Below are positions 48,901 through 63,000 of a stretch of 64,000 nucleotides of DNA, piece by piece. The stretch is from NCBI GenBank assembly GCA_016748015.1, contig JAAOMT010000349.1, positions 133,285 through 197,284 of the forward strand, written 5' to 3'. The notes beneath the pieces are model-generated. The model did no database searches. It was not told where the DNA came from and was given only the letters and a program-made list of their open reading frames with translations. Source of the DNA: Geosiphon pyriformis uo1. Lineage: Eukaryota; Fungi; Glomeromycota. Made by a program: the position numbers and the translations under genes. Each line of letters opens with the position of its first letter. Positions within the stretch are counted from its first letter, which is position 1.

Positions 48901-51900
48901 AATTAAATACAAAAAATCTTAACAAACTAAAAAACACCAATAAAAATTAAGAATTAATATATGTAATTTGATAATAACAGGCTTTGTTTTGCTTTAAGAT
49001 TATTATATGTCTTTATTTATGTAATTTAATATTTCAAATTTGTGATTATTATTTAAAAATAGTTATTAAGAAATATAATTAATTAATCTAAGTCTGATTG
49101 TATTAATTATAATTACAATTAATATTAATAATATATAATTATAATTCTAAATCTAATTATTGTTATAAGCAAAAATTCGAGTTATCAATTAGCATAAAAT
49201 TATTTATATAATTTTTATTATTAATTAACATATATTATTAGTTTAAATTATTATTTATTATTGTATTAAATTATAAAATAGCACTATAACAAGTTATATA
49301 AAAAAAAGCTTTTTTTTAAAAAAAAAATTTTTGACCAAATAGTTTCAATTAGAATCAATTTTAAAAAATTAACTTAAATAAAAACTTATCTTGAAAAACC
49401 CAAAAACTTTTCATTATTATTGTTTCGAAATTAATTATTTTTACTAATATTTTAAAATTGACTAACTGCTAATTTCGGTAATTATTAGTAACTTTTAAGC
49501 CTAAATCCAAAACAACTTTTTTAATATATTTTTTTTTATTTTTTTTTTAGTTTATTTTTTTTTATTTTTTATTATTATTGAGTAGTCTACAATTAAGATT
49601 TTTTATAAAAAAGTTGACTTTTATAACAATGTAATTACACATATTTTAAAAAGCTTACAGATAAAATTTTTGGTAAAAAAGTTAACTTTTATTACAAAGT
49701 AATTATATAAGTAATTGGCATAAAATTGATTATTCTATTATAAGCTAACAATATATATAGTCTAAAATATAAAAAGATACTTTGGATTTAAAATAAAAAT
49801 CAAAATGGTGTAAAGCCCAAATTACTGCTGTTGTTTTTAATTTGGTGGCAAAATAATTTTTTTTTACTGGTTTTAGTGTTTTATTAACATAAGTAATTAT
49901 TTGCTTATTATAATAATTTTTAATAATAAGAGTTAAGTTAATTTTTAAAAGAAAATATCCAATTATTTCTGTAAATTTGAAACTATTTGAGGTGATTTTT
50001 TTTAAAAAATATTGTTATAAATAATTCCAATTATTAAAATTATAAAAAGTAATTTTAAATTCTTTAATTTTTTTTGGCAAATAAATATTTGAAATTAAAA
50101 TTTTTTATTCTTTGCAAATTTGTTTATTTGATTTAAAAATTTATTAGTTGATAATAGGTGTTAAACAGTTTATGTTTCATAAATTTTCCAAAAAGTAGAA
50201 TAATAATTGTCCTTGGTAATTTAAGAATTTGGTAAAATTAATTTTGTATATTAAAAGCTATATTTACTAAAATTGTTAATTGTTCAGTTAATTCAAAATA
50301 TTAGGTTTTTTTTGACTTTTTCTTAATTTTTAATAGATTGTAAACTTAAAATATTGATTATAGATAAGTAGATAGCTTGTACAATTTTTTTAGCATATTT
50401 AATTTTAAATGGGTTTTCAGTTTTATTTTGTAGTATTACTAAAATATTTTCTATGTATTTAATATCAATAATTTTTTTTAATATTAATAACTTTGCTTGC
50501 TAATAATAATTAGAAAGTAATTTGTATTATTGCTTTTAATAAAACTTTAAAAGTAAATTTAACTATAAAATCAAAATATTTTTTTGGATATTATAGATCA
50601 TATTTAGCATTAATTTTATGAGCTTTTTCTGGTTTAATCTCTTGTTTATTTTGTTAAAATACTTGAATTGTAAAGCAGATTAGTTTTCAATAATATAAAT
50701 TGAAGTTGTTAAAATTTTCGGTTGTATTTTTTGTGTCTTGTATTCAATTTTATCTTGGTTATTTTTCATAAGTAGTAATATACTGAGAATATAGTATTTA
50801 GAATATTATTAGTCATTATAAAACATGATGTATTTTACAAAATTGAATATTTATTTGTTTTAATTATTAAATTTGAGTTTTTTTGGAAAAATAAACGTAA
50901 CTTGAAGTTAAATAGTAAGGCTTAACTTTATTTTTTAGTTAAATCTTGCTAATTTTATAGTATATTTAATATATTTAGCTTTTTTTATTTAGTAAATATT
51001 TTCTTGTGGTTTTTTATTAATTAGAATCATTTTTAGTTAATAATTATTTTAGCATTATGTAGATAATAATAAAATTTGTTAAAAATATTATTATATATTA
51101 CTGTAAATAGAATTTTTTTTTATTTTTTTTTAAAAAAAAAACATATATTAGCAAATTTAATTACAAATTTTTTTTATAACAATATTAATTCAGTTGTATT
51201 TTTTAGATAATAATTTTTCATATATGAAACAAAATATGTTGTTCTATTTTCTATTTTATTTTAGGTTGTCAAATTATTTTTAATAACAAATTTTATAGTA
51301 ATAGTATATATAAGTTTTGTATTCTTTTTTAAGTAATATATAAGCTTCATAAATGAAAATTTTGTTATAGTTCTTGTATTTTAGTAAGATATAAGCTAGT
51401 TGTTTTTATAATTGTGGCTTTATATAGAGAACATATTAATTATTGATTTGTTAATCTATTATTATTTATTAATTAGAATTTTTGGCTTATAATAATATTA
51501 ATAATAATAGTTTAAATAATTGCTGTTTAGTTTTTTCAGCCTAATTAAATCAAAAATTAAGTATTATATAAGTCTTAGTAATAGGTTTTTTTTCTTTCTT
51601 GAATTTAAAAAATAAAGCTTTCTTAAATTATTTGTTAAAAGTATTATAAGTAGTAGATATTTAAATATATTGTCTTTAGTAAAAGATTTTTAGTTTTTGG
51701 ATTTCTCGATTTAAATTTGTATTGGTTTTGAAAAACTAATTATTTTTAACAAGAGCTTAATATTGGAGTGTATTTATAATTAAAATAGTAATTTTATTAA
51801 TTGTAAAAAAAAATTATCAATTTTTTCTATAAAAGTTTTTTTATATTATTAATTATAACAATTATTGTTTGAGCTAGTTGGTTAACATTTTTTTTAATTA

Positions 51901-54232
51901 TTATATTAATTAGTAAATTATAGTACTTTATTATTTAGAATTAATTAAATTGATTTTTTTTTAATTTTAGTTTTAATATATATAATTGTAATAGCTTTTT
52001 GTCTTAAAGCTGTTATATTATTAAGTAGAAAAGATAATTTATTGGCTTTAAATTCGAATAGAAATATATTTGAAATGCTAATATATTTTGCTATTTTGGT
52101 TAATAAAATTGTTGTATTGTTGTTGTAAAAAAAGTTTTGTTGTTGTGCTATAACTTTACTTTTTAAAAGTACAATAAAATAAAAATTTTGGTTTTTAGAC
52201 ATTGTAAAATAGCAAGATTGTATATAAAAGTGTCTAAAAAATCGTTGATTATTGTTGTAAGATACCAGCTAGTTGTTTGAATTAATTCTATTATTGTTTA
52301 ATTAAAAGTGGTTTTGTGATATAAATTGGTTAAATTAAACTAATTTTTTTAGTAATAATTAATAATTTTGTATTAAAGATTGATAATACTTTTGTTATAA
52401 TAGAGCAGATTAATAATAGCTAAATTGAAGTTTTGGTAAGTAATAAATAGATAATAGTAGATTATAAAATTATTGTTATAATAAAAAATAATATTAATTA
52501 TTCAGTAGTTGTTAATTTTTTTGTATTTTTTGGCAATTATATTTTTAGTGTTCTAAAATTTCACAATAATAGCAGTTTAGCTATTGGAATTAATTATTAA
52601 AATTAAATAATAATGATAAGAAGTTGTTTTAATTTTAATATTGTAGTATTTGATACTTTTGGTGTTAATTAGCAAAATAAGTTTTAAGTTTTTTAATAAA
52701 TTGGTTAATTTTTTTTTTAGCTATTGAAATGGTTTTTTCAATAGCTAAATTAACAAGTTTTGTGCAGTTTGTTTTTTTATTGCTATTTTATAGTTTTAGT
52801 ATACAAAATAGCAGTAGTTAAATTTTTAAGAACATATAGGCAAATTTTTTTGATTAATTTATTTTTTAATTTAGCAATAAATTGATTCAAAATTTGAGTA
52901 TTTGAATAATATTTATTGTTTTCCACTGTTTAATTCTTCTGAAAAATTTGTTAAATTTTTTAAGATAGAATATAACAGATTTAATTGGTTTCTGTTTGAT
53001 GTTTTAAAAGTGATTTTAAAGAGTAATTAATGTATTAATGTTAGTAAATTGCTTAAAAAAGCAATTTTGAAGGCTGTTTAGTTAGCAAAAGATATTAAAT
53101 TTTTAAACTATTTGGCTGTAATGTTTTATAAAAAATATAGAATTGTTTTTAACATTCTTGCTGTATTATATTTATTGGCATTGTTTATTTTAGTAATTTT
53201 GTTAAGCTATTTTTAAAAATTAGTTTTAATATTTTTTTGGAAAATTTGGTAATTTTTGCAATATAAATAGTGGTTAGTTTTTTATTTATTTGTTGTTAAT
53301 AGTGTGTTTTCATTGTTTTTTTTTTTTTTTAATGAATTCAGAAATATTTTTTTTGTTAATTAAAGTTTTTAAGTAATCATTTTGGTTTTTGGCTAAATAA
53401 TTAAAAAGATTAATGTTAGTATAGATTAGTTCTGACTGTTGGATAAAAATTTTGGTAAAATTTTTTAGTCTTGAAAATTGGTTAAAAAATAAATTGAGTA
53501 TCTGTACTTGAATAAATAAAATTGAAAAAAGTATAATTAAAAGTAATAATTTAGCAGTTGTTTTTTGTTTAGATGTTTATAAGTGTTTAAATATTGTTTT
53601 TGATATGTTAAATGTTGTATAAACTAGTCTAAAATCTTTTTTCTATTTTTTTTTGCTACTAGTTTTTGGTTTTAATTCAGGTTCAAGAACAAATTATGAA
53701 TTAATTAACTATTTTTTTTTACAAAATTGGGTAATATTATAATTAAGTTCTTAAAAGTAAATAGTACAACCATTAACACTAATAGTTTCTAATTCTATTG
53801 TTAAATAGTAAATTAAGTTTTTGAGAAGATTTTGTTTAACTTCTGTAATATTGTAATTTTTAAAAAGATAGTCATTGATTCGATTTTTAATATATTTAAA
53901 AGTGTTTTTTTAACAACTGTGATTTCATTTTAAATTTCAAATTATTGTTTGTAGCAAGTAAAAATTAACTAATAATACTCCAGAGTTATTATGTTAAATG
54001 CAATTACCACTTTAATATAATTATTATTGTATTATTTTTAAGAAAATACCAAATCTTACCAGAGGTTTTTTTACTTTTTTCTTAATATTATTAATATTAT
54101 TTTGTTGTTAATTCTGCCGCTAATAAAAGCTGGTAAACTTTTGATAAGCTAATTTTTTTCCAAAAAATTTGATATTATTATTGATAATATTGGTCTTAAA
54201 TAACTCTAAAACAAAAACTCTAAATTACATAT

Positions 54233-55215
54233 TATTACCTAAAAAACCAATTCAAAACTATTAGAAAAACGTAATTTCTATATAATAACATGAAAAAAAC
54301 GTGATAAAATAAAATAATACAGAATAATATGAAATAACTCAGAATAATACAAAATAACACACAATAATACAAAATAATACAAAATAACTACTAATAATAT
54401 AAGATAACTAGTTATAATGTAAAAAAATAAAGCAATAACTGAAATAGTAAGCAATAGCTAGCAATTAAAAACAATCTTATAGAACTAAAAAATATGTATA
54501 AAAATAAGTAGTTTTAGTAGATAAAAAAACAGACAAGAATTAAAATAATATTTTTATTTTATCTTTAATCTTAAAAACTTTTTTTTTATTGTTTATATTT
54601 TCAATTTATCAAATAATATATTATTGTTTAAATTCATAAGTTTATAATTCAATTTTTTTAATTTTTAAGATCTGATTAATTGTTTTGCTTATCTTAGTTT
54701 TAGGCCAAATACAATTAATATAAACATTATTAAAATCTTAATAATTTGGACCAATTATTCTTAATTATAATGATTAATAGAATATTAATTTTTTTATTTT
54801 TCTCTTTTTTTTCTTTATTTTTTTTATTTTGTTTATTTTGTTTTGTTTTCTTTTTTTTGTAAAATGGCAATATTGGAAATTAACTGTCTAAAAATAGACT
54901 TTATAATAGTTTGGTAAAAGAAAAAAGTTTCTTTTAGATTTAAATATTAACTTTATTTTGTTAACTTATCAAAAGAGCAAAAAAACAATATAAGACTTTA
55001 GTAACTGTATTTGATTAGCTTAGAAAAAACACAATTACAATAACATAACTAAAAACATATTATTTCTGTACTTTATAACCAAAAAACTTAATAAGTAAAA
55101 CTTTAAACAGAAAAATTTTCAAAGATTAATAATCGATTTTATTATCTAAACCAATTTATTCAAAATCAACTTGTTTTCAATATCAAATCATATTCTATCA
55201 AGTTTATCTGTAATA
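54233..55215 (+). repeat. Solo LTR (983 bp) of a third, B-related subfamily inserted in A3 RNase H
   Basis: Termini tattac...ctgtaata, flanks ATAT/ATAC. Removing it restores the frame (SKLHTKQ versus A1 TQLNAKQ). Its end and T-rich tract resemble the B LTR. Confidence 0.8.
54301..54410. repeat. Decamer tandem array (about 11 x AAAATAATAC-like)
   Basis: aaaataatac agaataatat gaaataactc agaataatac aaaataacac... Confidence 0.8.
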
Positions 55216-58200
55216 ATACCAAACAAATTTAATAGACAAAATTTTTTACAAATTACAAATATATTATATATTATAAACCAGAAAGACTATGCACAAATAT
55301 TAATTATTTTTCTAAAATAAAACAAGATTAAAATCTGAAAACTAATTAATCCAACAACAACAACCATTAACAAAATAATAACAATAGATTCTAAAAATTA
55401 CAACAAACTTAAATAATACTTAAAGACACTTACAATACCAGAAACTTGGTTTTCAAGTAAAAAATATTGGTTACAAATCAAGTAAAACAATACTTTTTAT
55501 ACAACAACAATATTTATTATTAAAATTACAAAAACTCAAACAATTTACTCAGACTAATTTAAAAACATAACAAAAAAACAATTTTGTTTAATATGTATTC
55601 AAACTCATTATTAGCACATTTTAAAAAAGCACAACTTAAAAAATACTAAAACATTATTTTTGGTCTTAAATAAAAAAATATTTATTAATATGTTAAATCT
55701 TGTAATAGTTATTAAAAAAAAGAAGAAATATGCTCTATAAAACTTCTAAATCCAATCAAAATTGGCCAACTTTTTGATCAAATTAGTATTAAATTTTTAT
55801 CTAATCAGAAAACATATTTTGTAAACAATTTAAAATCGAGAGACCTTTATCTTTGTTCTATTATCTATAAACAAATAAATTTGTAAAATATTTTAATAAA
55901 ATACTTTGTAAATTATTAGCCAAAGTCTTAATTAATATTAAACAAGAATAAGATATTTTTATTTTATTAGTATTACTAGCATATAAAACACTAAAACAAA
56001 ATACAACAAAACACATATTATTTAATTCGATCTATAAAAAAACACAATATTTCTTAGTCAGTTCTGAAGATATTTTTTAAAACTTAAAACTAATAGTTGT
56101 GATTAAACAACTTTCAAACTTGTATATTTAATATTTTAATTTTATTTATTATATTTAGTAAAAAAAATTCCACAAAATCAAAAACAAAATAAAAACAAAA
56201 AACATTAAACTAAAAATAACACAAAAATTTTATATATTAAAAATATTTTTTTTCTTTATTTTTTAGTTAATTTATAATAACTATTCTTTAAGACATTTAA
56301 CAATTATTCTAGAAATTAATGTTAACATTAAAATTACTTTCTAATTTATTCATAACAATTATTAAAAGACATATTAATTATACTTAAATAGTATCTATTA
56401 CAAAGTTAAAAACAAATCAAGTTTTGAAGTAGATATTATAAATAAAAAGATTACTGTTTTTTTAAATAAAAATTTTCCTTTTTATTAAAAGCTTAAGGCT
56501 CTTTTATTTAAAGTATATTTATAAAATACTTCTGTTTTTATTTCTATTTAATTCATTTACTAAAATTGAAAAAATAAAAATTCGAATTAAAAATTAGCTT
56601 ATATTAAAATTTCTTTATTATTGTTATATATTTATAAAAAAAACTTTTTAAGTTTTCATAAATAATAAAAAAATACTATTATTTAGTTAGACTCAAATAT
56701 TAAAATTTAAAAAAAGTTTAATTTATTTAAATGTGTAATTTCAATATTTGACAATCAAAACTTTGTTAATAAATAACTATTATTAATAATTATAAAGTAC
56801 ATAAAATCTGACAAAATATTGGTAACTATAAAATATAAAATATTCTTAAATTAAATAGTAAAATATATAAAAATATAATAAAAATTTATGTTTTTTAAAC
56901 AAGTTAAGATATAAAATAATTTAAGAATAATAAATTCATTATAAATATAATAAGAGTAAAAAATTTGCAAAAAGTTTAAAAAATATACATATATTTTTAA
57001 AAGTAAGCAATGTTAAGAATTTAAATATTGAACACAAGTTACAACAAAACATTGTTTATAATAACTAAAAGTAATATAAGTTTTACAATTATACATAATT
57101 TTTATATAATTAAACAATAAGCTTTTTTGTTTAATTATATTTAAAAGATAAAACAGAAAAATTACAAAAATTAGTCAATTGTATACCTAAAAATAGAAAT
57201 AAATATAAATTGCTAAGAAATATAGTTATTTTTTATTTATTAAAACACAGTAAAAATTTTAATAACAATAAAAACAAGAACTAAAAAAAACCAAAAACTG
57301 TTTATAAAAAGGTTTTTCAAAATACTTTTTGGTTTTTATAGAAAAAAATTAAACTAAACTAATAATATTTTTTTATTTTGAATTAAGCAACCAAAAGATT
57401 TTTTTTATAAAATAGTAATATTGACAAACATTTATGTTATTATGTTAATTTAAAAAAAGTAATAAAAAATTAAATATTATTTAATAATTAAATAAAAATA
57501 ATTAATTTAGATATAATTTTAAAATAAAACATTTTTAATATATTTATTTTAAAAAGTGCTGAAGTTTTATAGTTTAATGTGCAGTTAATAATCTTACTTA
57601 TTTATAATTACTTGTGTGTTTATATTTTAATCAACAAAAATATTTAAGAAATTTCCGAGCATTCAAAAAGTTAAAAATTTTAAATAAGTTCATTAATAAT
57701 ATGTCTTAATTAATATTAGATGAAATCAAAAAAAATTTCAGATTGTAAAATTTTTAAATTAATTAAAAATTATGTATTAGTAAAGAAGACTACTATTAAC
57801 AAATATACACTAAATAATTGTATTTTAAGTGTATAAATTAATATTTTTATGGTTTAAATAACATAACGTATTAAGAATATTATAATATTTAAAGCTTATA
57901 CTTATTCATATAAAAAAATTAATTTTTAAATAAACATATAACAGTCTTAATTTTTTATATTTTAAAATTTATTTTGCGATTTTTAAAAAAGCTTTACAAA
58001 ATAGTATTTTGGTTTGAATTTTATAAAAAGTTTTTTATTGGTTTAAATTTATAAACCGCAATAAAATTTTTGGTTAAATTTAACAATCTTTCAAAATGTG
58101 AAAAATGCTTAATTTTAGAAAAAATACATTATGTTTGAAACATTTTTACTATAAATAAACTGCCATTTAGAATTAAGTTATTCAAAAAAGTGTATTCTAA

Positions 58201-60049
58201 ATACCAAATAGAAATATCATTTTTTAAATCTACTATATAATGTAAAAGTTTAATTAATTAAATATTGTACAAATAATTATAAAGTAAATCTCAAAATTAA
58301 AATATGAAATTAGATATTTTTTTAGCAAAGTTTTATTATAAATAGTTTTATAACTTTAAAATATTTTCAACCAAATACTTTTTCAAAATTGTAAAAATAA
58401 TTTAATCTAAAAATTTTAATGTTTACATTAAAGAATGTTTTTTAGCAGCTCAAAAAAAAATTATTTAAATATTTATTTTAATAACTTATTTTTTCGGAAA
58501 TATATAAATTAAAATTTCAAAGCAAAACTTTTTATATTTTTTTAATAATAAATTTCAAGAATATTTTTATTGTGAAAATTTTTTTATATCAAAAGAAATT
58601 TTGATAAAAAACATACTTATTATGTGTATTAAATAAAATTTTACAATTTTCAATAAATCTTTATTTTATATTAAATAATTATATTTGAAGATTTTTTATA
58701 ATAATTTGACTTAATACATTGATAAAAGTTTTTTTTTTTACATATTTAGATATTTATATTAAATTTTTATTGTTATGTTTAAATTTTAAAAATTTTATCA
58801 GTTTTTTATTGATTTGATTAGGTTTTAAAATAAATTTTCTATTATGTACAAAATAATACAAATTATTTTTTTAAATACTTTTTTTAAAACACTTCTAATT
58901 ATATGTTTTTTATTTACAGCAAAACTTTTTATCTATTTTTTAAACTTATTATTCATAAATAAAACTTTAATTTTTTTGGTTTTATATATTTTTAATACTT
59001 TATAAATTTTTTTAAATTAGTAAATTGTATTTTAGATTTAAAACTGGCTTTTTACAAACTTTTAACACTTTTATAATTTGTATTTCTTAGATTAAATATT
59101 TTAAACCCAATTTTTTTAACTTGTAATACTTAACATAATATTAAGTAAAAAAGTTTATATAAAATTAATCTTGTTGTATTTTTTTATTTACAAAAAATAA
59201 TAGCAAATTATTAAATATATAGTTTTTAGATTTATATTTAATTTGTTTTAAAACAGCAAATAAGTTAAATTTTTTATACTTTTTTGTTTATTTGTTTTTA
59301 AACAAAATTTATATGATAATTAATTAACTTAATCAATTTTAGTTTAATTAAATTTCTTTTGTAATCTGTATTAAAAAACTTATTTAAATACTTTAATTAA
59401 AAAATAAAATTAATAAACTTATAATATTGCATAATTCTAAACTTTTAAATTTAATTAAATTAATAATTTTGTAAATTATATTTATTAAAATTATTTTTAA
59501 TAATAATATAATAATTTTTTAATTAAAATTTTATATTAAATTTGTTTTATATAATTAATAAGATTTTTTTTATTAAAAATTTAAATTATTATACTTATAA
59601 TTTTTATTTATTTATTTAATAAGTACAATTCAGTTATTATTTAATACAATATAATTGCTTAGAGTTTTAAATTAAATATTTTTCATGTATAATTAGCTAT
59701 TTAGTTAACTTAAATAATACTATATATTTATATTAATACTAATCATATTATTTATACTGATAAAAAACAAACAATTAACTTTATGGCCAAAACAAACAAT
59801 TTAACTTTTTACTACTTCTAATAAATAAGCCATATTTTTTAAAAAACAGTTTAAAAGTTTTTAAACAAAAATTAATTCTAAACTATTAATAAGCAAAAAA
59901 CTGTTTTTTTTATATTTGCTTAAAGTTTTAAGTTAAACAACCAAATTTTGGCTTTATAATTAATTTTTATATTACAAACAAAATTTATCAAATAAAAAAT
60001 AACCAATTCAATATTTCTAAAAACCAATATAATTTTAGTTAACTAAAAT

Positions 60050-63000
60050 TTAAATAAAAAGTCTTTATTCAAAACAAGATACAAATTAATATTAAATATA
60101 CTTAAAAACAAGTTTTAAAATAAATAAAACAAAAACAAATACATATTAGTTATAAATTTTTAAAGATTAAAATAGTTAATTAATAATTTATTATAAATAA
60201 AACAGTCTGTATTAAAAATAAAACTATAATAAAAAAAATTTACATTATTATAATACATATATAAAATACTTAAATATTACTTATTATAAGTTTTTTTTAA
60301 CTATTATAGATAATTTTTTATGTAAAGTTTTTAAAACATATATGTATAAATTAGTTATAAATATGTTTATAAAACCAATAGCTATATATAAATCTAAATA
60401 TCAAACTAAAATAATAATCTTTTAATTAATATTATTAATATATAACTAGTTTATAATGCTAATATTAAAGCCAATTTTTCATAAAACATATTAAATTAAT
60501 TTTTTTATAGTTTTAATAAAATAATACATATTGTCAAATACAACTTTGCTATTAATAATTATGTAGTTTTTATTAATACTAATAAAAAGCATCAGATCAA
60601 AAAATGTAATTTAATTAGCCAATTTATTAATATACTTATTATTTAATATATTAAAATGTTTTTTTACTTTTATCCAACTGAAAAAATATTTTTATTATAA
60701 ATAATATTAGTAATATAATAATATTTAATTTAACAACTATTATAAAAATCAAATATTTCTAATTTTAACTGTTAAAACAAATTATAATAATAATAAAAAT
60801 CAAATATATTTGAAAGCCAAAAAAATATCTGTAATTTAGCCAAAGTTAAGAAAAATAAACCATTAATTTTTATATTTATATTTATATTTATATTTATATT
60901 TGAATTAAAAAAATTGGCTATTATACTATTAATAGCTTATAATATATTAAGATTTTTTACCAAATTATTTGTGAAAATTATAATATTAAATAAATAAATA
61001 TTTTTAAAATCAATAAAAATCAAAATAAAACAGAGTTTTTAAAATTTAGATCTTTCTAATAACAAAAATTCTTTTAAATAAAATATTTTTTATAATTAGT
61101 TAAAAACTGATTAGCAAAAACAATACCAAATATTTGAACAATTTAACTATTCTAAAATACTTAATATAATTTAAAACTTTTATAATAAAAATTTTAAGTC
61201 TGAATTTAAAAGCATTAGAAACATAAACAATCAATAATATTTTATTAAACAAAATAAATTTGGTAATACTGGCCGAAAATTGTTTAAAAAACTGATTTTT
61301 AACTTAACTAAAAATTAAAAAGAGTTATAACAAATTCAATTAACAATTTGCAATTTCAAAGTTTTGTATTTAAAAAGCTAACCAAAAATTTCATTAGTAT
61401 TGGCAAAATTAATAACTAATATAATCTTTTCTTAAATTAAATTTGATCAAAAAGTTTTAAATTATAAAAAAATAAATAATATATGAATTTATTTGAAAAT
61501 TTTTTAAATAAATCAGCTATTAACTTTAAACTTTTCTTAATTAAACAGTTTTATCTTTCACAAATATTTTATTAACGAAACTAAATTAGATTCTATAACT
61601 TATAATTATAAAATAACTAAAACCAAATATAAAAACTGCTTATTGAAAATAACTTTTTATAGAATTATAAAGAAAAAATTCTTATATTTAAGTTAATTTT
61701 TTTTAAATTTAAATTAAAAAAATTTTTAATTGATAAAAAATTTCTAAAGATTTATTTGTTTTACTTGGTTTAATAATTGTAATAAAAATTTATTAATATT
61801 CAAATTAATACTTACAATTTTAATATTAATCAATATAATTACTGTCTTATTTAAATTAATTATTATATTATTAATTTTAAAAAATTCACTAGTAATATCC
61901 AAAATATTTTGCATTATTAAATAACTATGTTTAATCTAAATTGTTTTATTAACAAAAACACAAACAGCCAAAAATAATATGAAGCTTATATTAGATTTTA
62001 CTTTGTCTGTTTTAACCATAAATCTAAAATCAATTCTATAATTAAAAAAAAACTCATATTTATTTATTTTACAAAATAATAAATCATAAAAAACTTTTTA
62101 CAAAAAAGAAAAAAATTTTATCTTAATTTAAATTATTATAAACTTTGTATTTATTAAACAAACCAAAATTTGTCATAGTTTACTTATTTAACAAAGCTGT
62201 AAGCTTGGTTAAGTTATTTTAAATGTCTTTAAAATCTTAGAAACAAATAGTTTTAAATAATAAAACTTAAAAAAAGCAGCATATTTGACAATTTTATTAC
62301 TTTTAAACCACATTTTCAATAATATCTTATTAGCTATAAAATATATAATCCAAATAAGCAGTACTTATATTTTATTAAAATTAATATTCACAAAAACAGC
62401 AGAGTAATTAGTATTAAAAAACTTATTAAGTTAATAAATACATTAATTAAATACAAAACTATAAAGATTATTATTAACTAAAATAAAATCAATATACTTT
62501 TTAATTTCTTTAGAGTTTAACTATATAAGATATTTACTAAAAAAATCACTTAAAAAATTGAACAATTTTAAAACTCTGAACTTTTAAAGCTTATACTACA
62601 ATCAAACTTATTTTTATTGAAATTTCTATCCAATACTACAAAAAATTATTATTAAAAACAACAGCTATTATTAAATTAATATTACTAATTTGGGCCAACT
62701 TTTTATTCAAAATAATATTAATATACAATCTGATAATTAAAACTAAAAAATAATTTTTAAACAATAAATATAACAACAAAAACTAACTAGCTATTTTAGT
62801 AACTTTGCAAATATGTTGAATTAAATTAGTATTCATATTAATTATAATACCAAAATCTGAANNNNNNNNNNNNNNNNNNNNAATAACTATGTTTAATCTA
62901 AATTGTTTTATTAACAAAAACACAAACAGCCAAAAATAATATGAAGCTTATATTAGATTTTACTTTGTCTGTTTTAACCATAAATTTAAAATCAATTCTA

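Larger units (their letters stand above)
49161..56400 (+). mobile_element. Rearranged, 3'-truncated Gypsy A3 with an internal inversion, an RT deletion and a nested solo LTR
   Basis: The 5' LTR begins TGTTA at 49161. Segment 49781-54164 matches A1 in minus orientation. RNase H, IN and the ORF3 start continue on plus from 54165. Confidence 0.85.

Noticed and set aside
27579-52202. Short K/I/N/F-rich ORFs as host genes
   Set aside because: They are decayed TE fragments (28172 LINE ORF1, 35582 gag, 41098 IN, 51945 pre-protease) or chance frames in AT-rich DNA.
54301-54410. CRISPR-like or telomeric array
   Set aside because: These are 10-bp degenerate tandem units with no spacers, inside a solo LTR in eukaryotic repeat DNA.
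56400-60050. Possible decayed DNA transposon or gene
   Set aside because: I found no terminal repeats, TSD or translatable motif, so it is left unassigned.
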